From Halioxenophilus sp. WMMB6 (GTDB lineage: Bacteria > Pseudomonadota > Gammaproteobacteria > Pseudomonadales > Cellvibrionaceae): a stretch of DNA of 64,000 nucleotides. Below are positions 55,102-64,000 of this stretch, piece after piece (the stretch's first letter is position 1; every line of letters starts with the position of its first letter). Under the pieces are notes generated by a model, which worked only from the letters and a program-made list of their open reading frames with translations, ran no database searches and had not been told where the DNA came from. The stretch covers positions 148,807-212,806 of the forward strand of contig NZ_JAWMQR010000007.1 in NCBI RefSeq assembly GCF_033283405.1, written 5' to 3'. A program made the position numbers and the translations under genes.

Positions 55102-57432
55102 TTAGAAAGAGCCGCGCAGTGTCAAACCATAGGTGCGTGGCGCCGATACATAACCATTGGCATCCGGCCCTTGCAGCGGTGAATTAAAATGTTGTGTCAC
55201 ATAGCGTTCGTCACTGCAGTTTTGGCACCAGGCGGCAACTGACCAGAGCCCGCTTACCGCGCCCAGTGTGATACTGGCGGAGTATTCTGTCTGGGCATCC
55301 CGTGTGTAGTCGTTGGAGGTGTTGGTGTACTGGTCGCCGGAGTAGCTAAGACCGATGCGCCCGGACAACATCAATCCCGAGGCTATCTCCTGTTCGGCCG
55401 AGAGCGCCAGGTTGCCGGTTAAATCCGGTGCTTGGGCAAAATCCCGATTGGCCAGGCTGCCGAGCTCTGGCGAGTCGCCAAACGAAGCTTCTGCCAGATA
55501 GGTGATATCAAAATTGAGCGACACCGCTTGGCTCAGCAGAACCTGGTTTTCCATCTCGAGGCCGTAGACTTCGGCATCGGCGGCGTTATCGATGGTGAAC
55601 TGGGTGCCGATAAACTGGGCGATCTGTAGATCGGTGATGTCGTTGTAAAAGAGTGCGATGTTGGAACGTGCACGGCTATCCCAGTAATCGGCTTTTAATC
55701 CCAACTCGATACCGTCGATGTATTCCGATTTATAGGTCGGATCCAATGGCACAGCGCCGGGGACTTCATCCGGGTTATTAAGCACGGTGCCAGCACCGGT
55801 GTTGTCGATGTTCACCCCGCCCGATTTATATCCGCGGCTGTAGGTAAGGTAGGCCATCAGATCTTCGCTGAATTGATATTTGGCCGACAAGGTGCCGCTT
55901 ACGGCATCGTCATCAAAGCTGTCGCTGTACTCCGGTCCAGGTTGCACACCAAGCAGTCGGAACAGGGCAACCGGTGAGGGGTTGAAGTAGTTGCGGATCA
56001 TCGCCCCCTCTTTCTCGTCACGCGAGTAGCGTAAGCCAACCGTGAAACCGAGCTTGTCGGTTAAATCCAGATTCCAGTGCATAAAGGCGGCGTAGGATTT
56101 ACTGGTGGCGGGCATGAGCACATCGCTCCACAAACCTTCCGAGGCATCGGCAGTGCCCGGTGGAATGCCGGCGGCGCTCAGGTAGATGTCGAAATAGGTC
56201 TGTGCCTGGTCGCCCCACAACAGTTGGTGCGGCGCTTCGATATCTTCATCGGCGTAGTAGAGGCCGAGCACATAGTCACCGGATTGGAAGGGACCGAACT
56301 CGTTAACGACACCACTTAAGGTAAATTCCTGGGAGATGGTTTCGGTTTTCAGCCCTTCGTTGATAGTGAGAATATTGGCTCCCGAGAAGTCAGCATCCAT
56401 GCCTTGTTGATCAATCTCCCACTTGCGATAGCTGGAGACGGAATTTAGCGTCAGGTTATCGGCCAAGGCCCACTCGATCTTCAACACCGCGCCTTTGTCT
56501 TCGATGGTTTGATCAGTATCGTTACTCAAAACCTGTTCGTAATCTTCAAAATCGGAGGAGGGCGCCTGGAGGCCTCGGGCGGGAATGAGAAAGTTATCGA
56601 TCAGCGGTTGCAGTGGTCCATCGATTACATCCACCTGGCCGTAACAGCAGTTATTCTCTTCCTTGGACCAGTCGGCAATCAGGTGCAGTTTAAAACTATC
56701 ACTGCCTTCGAAAAGATACTGGGCTTTCACTGCCCGTGGGCTGCGATCGTTGTAGTCGCCGCCGTTGGGGTTTTCGATATAGCCATCCCGTTCGCCGGTT
56801 AACGCCGCCAGGCGCAGAGCCGAGTTGCCGGCGATGGGCACATTGACCATGGCGCGCATCATTTGGCTATCGTAGCTGCCAGCGCTGAGTTCATAGTTGG
56901 CGGTAAGGGCCTCGGTGTCGGGTGCTTGGCTGGTTAGAATCAGGGCTCCAGCGGAGGTGTTTTTGCCAAACAGTGTGCCCTGGGGGCCACGTAAAATCTG
57001 CAGGCTTTCGACATCCAGCCAGTTTTGCATCGCCTGGCCGGCACGGGTGCGATAGACACCATCGACAAATACACCAACCGCCCCTTCAAAGGCGCGGCTG
57101 TTGCCCACGGTGCCAATACCGCGAATCAGAATGTTGGCACTGTTGGCGGCGCTGTTGGTAACGTCGAATTTAATGCTGGGCGAGATCTGTTGGATATTGC
57201 TGATACTGTCGACATGGGCGGCGACCATGTCATCGACGCTGGCGACGGTGACCGCAACCGGAACTTCTTGTTGGCTCTCTGTGCGTCGTTGGGCAGTAAC
57301 CACTATCTCTTCCAATACCGGACGCTTCTCAGCCCCTGCCGCGAGCGCATGGCTGGCGGTGCTGGTCATGACTGCCGCTGCCAAAAGGGTCAGCGGCAAT
57401 TTGGTGTGGTGTTTGAAATCGGTTGCAGACAT
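55102..57432 (-). CDS. TonB-dependent outer-membrane receptor
   Basis: GGAGA RBS. Signal peptide. Plug (EEIVVTAQRRTE). Barrel ending ...LTLRGSF. Confidence 0.85.
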   Translation of the reverse strand: MSATDFKHHTKLPLTLLAAAVMTSTASHALAAGAEKRPVLEEIVVTAQRRTESQQEVPVAVTVASVDDMVAAHVDSISNIQQISPSIKFDVTNSAANSANILIRGIGTVGNSRAFEGAVGVFVDGVYRTRAGQAMQNWLDVESLQILRGPQGTLFGKNTSAGALILTSQAPDTEALTANYELSAGSYDSQMMRAMVNVPIAGNSALRLAALTGERDGYIENPNGGDYNDRSPRAVKAQYLFEGSDSFKLHLIADWSKEENNCCYGQVDVIDGPLQPLIDNFLIPARGLQAPSSDFEDYEQVLSNDTDQTIEDKGAVLKIEWALADNLTLNSVSSYRKWEIDQQGMDADFSGANILTINEGLKTETISQEFTLSGVVNEFGPFQSGDYVLGLYYADEDIEAPHQLLWGDQAQTYFDIYLSAAGIPPGTADASEGLWSDVLMPATSKSYAAFMHWNLDLTDKLGFTVGLRYSRDEKEGAMIRNYFNPSPVALFRLLGVQPGPEYSDSFDDDAVSGTLSAKYQFSEDLMAYLTYSRGYKSGGVNIDNTGAGTVLNNPDEVPGAVPLDPTYKSEYIDGIELGLKADYWDSRARSNIALFYNDITDLQIAQFIGTQFTIDNAADAEVYGLEMENQVLLSQAVSLNFDITYLAEASFGDSPELGSLANRDFAQAPDLTGNLALSAEQEIASGLMLSGRIGLSYSGDQYTNTSNDYTRDAQTEYSASITLGAVSGLWSVAAWCQNCSDERYVTQHFNSPLQGPDANGYVSAPRTYGLTLRGSF

Positions 57433-57609
57433 TTTATTGATCTCCTCTGCGACTTATTGTTATCGATTTACGCAGGCCATGTTGACGCAGGCCACGGGGC
57501 GCTGAAACTTACAAGTTGAACAGTGAAACAGTATTGATACTAACCAAGTCCGGTGCTGGCAGCCTCGTCCATTCTGATGAATTTTTTGCGCCACTATTGA
57601 AATTTTTTG

Positions 57610-60414
57610 TTAGTGCAGTATCCCTTTGCGTCGTGCGATGGCAACCGCTTCGGTGCGGCTTTGCGAGTGCAGCTTGCTGTTGATGTTACGCAGGTGGGTG
57701 CGCACGGTATTTTCCGAGACAAACAGCTGGCCGGCGATGGCGGCGTTGGTGAGACCTTCCGCCAATAGCTGCAATACCTGTGACTCTTTGCGCGTTAATT
57801 TTTCAGTTAACTGATCGCTACAAGCTAATGCGGAACCGTTATTAATACCGACGTTATTGTTGGCGTTGGCCAACGCGGTAATTAATTGTCTGGGTTCGGT
57901 GAATAACGCCTCTGCCAACGGCAGTCGCTGCTCTTGTGCAAAATGCACAAACAGCTGCTGCATCAATTCACCTTCGTCGATCAAACTTTGCACCGAGTTC
58001 TCGGCTGCGGCACTGGTCAGGATTTCAGCGAGCAAGGCTAGTGCTTTAGGTTTTTCTCCCTGTTTGAAAAAAGCCAACGCCAACAGGATTTTGAATTTAA
58101 GTGCCCGACGATGGCGGCCCAGCTGTTCAGCCTCGGCGATGAGTGCTGTGAGTTGGGCGGCGGCGCTGGTGGCTTCGCCAAAATGAATTTGCCAGCGCAA
58201 CTCGGCTTCGCAACAAGTGTGTTGGTCGTTGGCAAACAACCATTGCTGTTCCAGCACTGGCCAATCGCAAAGTTCGGCCGCCCGTTTGATCTCGTCTCTG
58301 GCCGCCTGACCATGGCCTTGTAATAGGAAAAATCGGGCGCGCTCCAGGTGAGCATTGGCCACCAGGCGTGGCAGCTCATTGATGTGACCGCAGTACTCGA
58401 GCTCCATCAAGGTTTGCAGGGCGCTTTCTCTCTCCCCTTGGGCAAACTGGATGCGGGCCAGATTACGGTGGCCGCTGATTAGATGTTCCGGAACGCCCTG
58501 TTCGCGCATTAAGGGTACGTAGACCTGCAGCAGTCTTTGGGCGCTGTTGAGCTCGCCGGTTTCATACAGCACTTCCACCAACAGAATGGCGGCCATGGTG
58601 TTGCCATTGGTGGAGCTGTTGATGCCGTGCACATGAATATTGGTCGCCAGCCGAAAGCGGGAGAGCGCCTGGCGCAGCCGGCCTTGCATCAACTCCATAA
58701 CCCCTTCCACGCACTGGCTGTAAATACTGGTAAAGGGGCCCGCGTCCGCTTGTGTCTGCCCCGGTTGATGGTCCAGTAACTGTTGCGCCAATGGGTAGTG
58801 GCCCATCACCAGGGCGACATAGGCATAGGAGGTATGGAAAATGGCCTGAGGGAAAACATATTTATCGGCAATGGCAGCAACGGTTTGTGATGCAACGCTG
58901 TAGGCTAGATCGTTGCGATCCAAAATGGAGAGTAGCATCGGTCGCAGGGCTACAATATGAGCCACCATACTCTCTTCGGCGTGGTCGTCGTTTTCGTATT
59001 TGGTGAGCAGCTCCATCGCCTCGGCAGCGCCGCGGGTGAAGGCGACTGCCCACATATGCACAATTTGTAATACCGGCCAGCGATGCAGTTGCTGCTCAGG
59101 AATCAATTCAAACAGTCTTACCAGCAAACGCGAGCGGCCCTGGCTTAGTAGATGCTCTGCCTGTTGGTTAAAGAGCGGCAGGGCAAACTCCCAATCTTTA
59201 GCGAGAATTGCCTGCTCAATGGCGGGAATTGGACGCTGGTTCTGCAGGTACCATTTGGCCGCGGCCAGATGTAAATGCGGAATTTTTTCCGGGTATTTTT
59301 TTTGCAATTGCGAACGCAAAAAAACGGCAAACAGTCCGTGGTAACGAAACTCCTGGCGCTGGCTGTCGAGGGTGTACAAAAAGATACTGGCCCGCTCCAG
59401 GTGTTCGAGAATTTCCTGGCTGTTGTCTATTGCGCAAATCGCATTGCAAAGTGGAGCCGAGAGTTGCGGCAACAGGCTCGTTTGTAACATAAATTCGAGC
59501 CATACTTTTGGCTGCCGGGCCAGCACCTCTTCAGCCAGGTAGTCGGCAACAAAAGAGTTGGCCCCGGAAAACTCCTCGACAAAGACACTGTTGTTTGGGC
59601 ACTCCTGCAACAGTAGCGAAGCCAAACGCAGGGCTACCGGCCAGCCCTCGGTGGTGTGGTGCAGCCGCTTGAGTTCACCGGTGGATAATGGCTGCTGGCA
59701 GGTCTGCTGTAGAAAACTTTGCGTCTCCTGTGCGGTGAAGCGCAACTTGAGCGGGTCTATCTCCAGCAGTTCGCCCCGGCCGCGCAGACGGGCAATGCCA
59801 ATATCCGGCAGTGCCCGGGAGCCTAAAATAATTCGTCCCCCCTGCGGCAGGCACTCCACCAGTTGTTGTATCAATGCCAACGCCGTACTGTTTTGCAGTA
59901 CCTCCAGATCATCGAGAAAAAGAACAAATGGAGGCTGCATCTGAGCGGCATAATCGAGAACCGCCAGGGCCAGATTGCCGACGTCGAGGGCTTGGTTATT
60001 AACTGCTTGCTGATTAAGACTGGCCAACGCCAATCGCAGGAAGTGCAACAGTCGGGCGACATCGTTATCGGCATTGTCGAGGGTTAACCAGGCTACCGGA
60101 ACCTGTTGCTGCTGCAACGCTTGGTAGGCCTGTTGCATCAGTGTTGATTTGCCAAACCCCGCCGGTGCACGGATTAAGGTCAGGCGTGGTACCTCCTCTG
60201 TGCACAGCAGGTTGCGTAATTCCAGGCGGGCGACCGCCGCCGGGGCGGAGCCGGGGGGCGTCAGTTTGGTGGGCACCACCAACCGGTTATTTGCCTGTTT
60301 GCCTTGCATCGCACGCGCTTTCGGGATGAGTGTCGGTAGAGGGTTAGTCACGTTGCGCACCGAGATCTTATAGGTATCAAAATTGCGCGCGGTAACCAAA
60401 ATTGCCAGGCTCAA
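57610..60414 (-). CDS. MalT-like large ATP-dependent LuxR-family transcriptional regulator (STAND NTPase plus TPR-like plus LuxR HTH)
   Basis: Walker A LIRAPAGFGKSTL. C-terminal LuxR HTH (LTRKESQVLQLLAEGLTNAAIAGQLFVSENTVRTHLRNINSKL). AAGGAA RBS before ATG 60414. Confidence 0.8.
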   Translation of the reverse strand: MSLAILVTARNFDTYKISVRNVTNPLPTLIPKARAMQGKQANNRLVVPTKLTPPGSAPAAVARLELRNLLCTEEVPRLTLIRAPAGFGKSTLMQQAYQALQQQQVPVAWLTLDNADNDVARLLHFLRLALASLNQQAVNNQALDVGNLALAVLDYAAQMQPPFVLFLDDLEVLQNSTALALIQQLVECLPQGGRIILGSRALPDIGIARLRGRGELLEIDPLKLRFTAQETQSFLQQTCQQPLSTGELKRLHHTTEGWPVALRLASLLLQECPNNSVFVEEFSGANSFVADYLAEEVLARQPKVWLEFMLQTSLLPQLSAPLCNAICAIDNSQEILEHLERASIFLYTLDSQRQEFRYHGLFAVFLRSQLQKKYPEKIPHLHLAAAKWYLQNQRPIPAIEQAILAKDWEFALPLFNQQAEHLLSQGRSRLLVRLFELIPEQQLHRWPVLQIVHMWAVAFTRGAAEAMELLTKYENDDHAEESMVAHIVALRPMLLSILDRNDLAYSVASQTVAAIADKYVFPQAIFHTSYAYVALVMGHYPLAQQLLDHQPGQTQADAGPFTSIYSQCVEGVMELMQGRLRQALSRFRLATNIHVHGINSSTNGNTMAAILLVEVLYETGELNSAQRLLQVYVPLMREQGVPEHLISGHRNLARIQFAQGERESALQTLMELEYCGHINELPRLVANAHLERARFFLLQGHGQAARDEIKRAAELCDWPVLEQQWLFANDQHTCCEAELRWQIHFGEATSAAAQLTALIAEAEQLGRHRRALKFKILLALAFFKQGEKPKALALLAEILTSAAAENSVQSLIDEGELMQQLFVHFAQEQRLPLAEALFTEPRQLITALANANNNVGINNGSALACSDQLTEKLTRKESQVLQLLAEGLTNAAIAGQLFVSENTVRTHLRNINSKLHSQSRTEAVAIARRKGILH

Positions 60415-60652
60415 CTCGGCGGCTGCCGAGTTCCTTTATGGGGTTGCTGCGCGGGAACAGCAGCCGGCTGGTGCGGCTGGGTTCCTCATCTGTTTTTGTT
60501 ATTGTGTTGCTACAGCTACTGCTCGGCCCTGGTGTTGCCAGGAGATGAGCTAACTCAATACTTGTTGATAGCAAGCAAGTTTATAGAGGCCAGCGTCAGA
60601 GTCAACATGATAAATCTAATTAATGGTGCAATTGGCGGCCTTATGCCATTGG

Positions 60653-62888
<2,236 letters not shown>

Positions 62889-62909
62889 ACTATTTTCCTC
62901 TGTTTATGA

Positions 62910-63450
62910 ATTTTCCGGGGCTCCTGCCCCGGAAAATTGTCGCCACGCACAAGCGGACGCAATTGTAAAAATTGCTGGTTGTGCGTGACTCGCATTGGCG
63001 CTGCCAATGGTGGTGCATCCCTGCACCACACGCACAACTAAACTCAGTGCCCAGGGCTCCTGCCCCGGAAAATTGTCGCCACGCACAAGCGGGTGCAATT
63101 GTAAAAATTGCTGGTTGTGTGTGACTCGCATTGGCGCTGCCAATGGTGGTGCATCCCTGCACCACACGCACAACTAAACTCAGTACCCAGGGCTTCTGCC
63201 CCGGAAAATTGTCGCCCCGCACAAGCGGGCGCAATTGTAAAAATTGCTGGTTGTGCGTGACTCGCATTGGCGCTGCCAATGGTGGTGCATCCCTGCACCA
63301 CACGCACAACTAAACTCAGTACGCAGGGCTCCTGTCCCGGAAAATTGTTGCCACGCACAAGCGGGCGCAATTGTAAAAATTGCTGGTTGTGCGTGACTCG
63401 CATTGGCGCTGCCAGTGGTAGTGCATCCGTGTAGCGCGCATTTAATCCGG
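62910..63450. repeat. tandem array of four about 136-bp repeat units (period 136, copies differ by a few SNPs), each with 3 or more internal stem-loops
   Basis: Unit landmarks ctcctgcccc at 62921, 63057, 63193, 63329. Internal hairpins ccgggg-ctcctg-ccccgg, gcaatt-gtaaaa-aattgc and gtgca-tccc-tgcac seen directly. Confidence 0.9.
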
Positions 63451-63501
63451 ATAGCTGATTAAAAATACCGAATAAAAATGTCGGTGATTAAATTTGATTA
63501 A

Positions 63502-64000
63502 TTACCGTCCCTGCCACACTGGCGCCCGCTTTTCGGCGAACGCCTTTGCCCCTTCCAGGGCATCGGCGGAATCAAAAATGGGCTCTGCCAAGAGCGCCTG
63601 TTTGGCGAACATCTCCTCGGTGCTCCAGTCTTGCGACTCGTTCATAATGCGCTTGCTGGTGGCGACCGCCATTGGCCCATTGGCGGCAATCACGGCGGCC
63701 AATTCAAGGGCGGCGTTTAAGGCCTCGCCGGGGGCTACCAGGCGGTTGATAAAACCGAGCTCGTAGGCGCGTTCGGCCGAGATAAGATCACCGGTGAGTG
63801 CCATCTCCATGGCGATGCGCCGTGGGATCTGGCGAGGGAAGCGCATCAGGCCACCACCGGCGGCAACCAGGCCACGTTTGGTTTCAGGAATACCAAAGCG
63901 GGCATTATTGGCCGAGACAATCAGGTCGCAGGCGGCGGCGATTTCACAGCCGCCGGCCAGGGCAAAACTTTCAATGGCCGCGATAATCGGTTTTTGGGGT
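63502..64000 (-). CDS. enoyl-CoA hydratase (crotonase) family protein, 5' end outside window
   Basis: C-terminal crotonase region (...GGGLMRFPRQIPRRIAMEMALTGDLISAERAYELGFINRLV...). Reading frame continues to the window edge. Confidence 0.75.
   Translation of the reverse strand, partial: PQKPIIAAIESFALAGGCEIAAACDLIVSANNARFGIPETKRGLVAAGGGLMRFPRQIPRRIAMEMALTGDLISAERAYELGFINRLVAPGEALNAALELAAVIAANGPMAVATSKRIMNESQDWSTEEMFAKQALLAEPIFDSADALEGAKAFAEKRAPVWQGR

Noticed and set aside
62890-63403. ORFs of 89-139 aa on both strands inside the 136-bp repeat array.
   Set aside because: They are artefacts of an uninterrupted repetitive sequence. The translations are themselves internally repetitive.
62910-63450. 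CRISPR array interpretation of the 136-bp tandem repeats.
   Set aside because: There are no unique spacers. The whole 136-bp unit is repeated with only point differences, and the unit is far longer than CRISPR repeats.

Overview
The window is a 64 kb chromosomal segment, most likely from a marine gammaproteobacterium (roughly 57 % GC; the lineage is a guess). It has dense coding on both strands and many TonB-dependent receptors and TRAP/MFS transporters.

Most of it is ordinary metabolic and regulatory content, in this order:
- enoyl-CoA hydratase (ECH), eutBC (ethanolamine ammonia-lyase) and a TRAP dctQMP transporter;
- a secreted coiled-coil protein;
- an MFS transporter, a YgiD/DODA extradiol dioxygenase, an AraC-GyrI regulator, a DsrE-like protein and an HxlR regulator;
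- a PQQ quinohemoprotein alcohol dehydrogenase and a 7TMR-DISM GGDEF cyclase;
- a double-hotdog dehydratase with a MocR regulator;
- a TetR / [2Fe-2S] ferredoxin / cytochrome P450 module;
- an orphan RtcB RNA ligase;
- a beta-lactamase-fold serine hydrolase and a GGDEF-EAL sensor;
- a TonB-dependent receptor (TBDR), an acetyl-CoA hydrolase/transferase, a TetR regulator, a TauD dioxygenase, a KstD-like flavoprotein, an SRPBCC protein and a second TBDR;
- a long lipid/alcohol beta-oxidation-type cluster: carboxymuconolactone decarboxylase (CMD) family protein, GXWXG protein, Zn-ADH, acyl-CoA synthetase, aldehyde dehydrogenase, acyl-CoA dehydrogenase (ACAD), APH-like kinase, TBDR, MalT/LuxR regulator, nitronate monooxygenase, thiolase and ECH.

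The unusual content is concentrated in three places.

1. Around 30.6-34.7 kb there is an all-minus-strand islet. It contains canonical tRNA-Lys(UUU) and tRNA-Gln(UUG) plus two non-canonical tRNA-like genes (A34 anticodon loops TTAATAA and TTACTAA, one with an all-A/U acceptor stem) and a tRNA-like remnant lacking an anticodon arm. These are interleaved with an HNH endonuclease, a small ORF with a strong Shine-Dalgarno (SD) sequence, an SPFH/band-7 protein with a triplicated N-terminal module, and a multiply nonsense-mutated gene remnant. The islet is bracketed by two different heptanucleotide microsatellites, (CTGATGG)6 and (TGTTTTC)5, and followed by about 950 bp of non-coding DNA. This is my best candidate for an undescribed tRNA-associated mobile or defence-like module.

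2. An AT-rich islet at 8.0-9.6 kb carries an 88-aa lipoprotein. Its mature domain is an unmistakable ovomucoid-third-domain-like Kazal serine-protease inhibitor with Arg at P1. Upstream are duplicated about 110-bp hairpin-bearing repeats and a 17-codon hydrophobic micro-ORF.

3. A 136-bp unit is tandemly repeated four times, each copy with three or more internal stem-loops, in the intercistronic space of the ech-thiolase-NMO operon.

Other notable items are a promoter / 9-codon uORF / hairpin leader in front of rtcB and a lysine/arginine-rich micro-protein behind it, a perfect 9-3-9 palindromic operator for the TetR-ferredoxin-P450 module, and a frameshifted ECF sigma-factor pseudogene.
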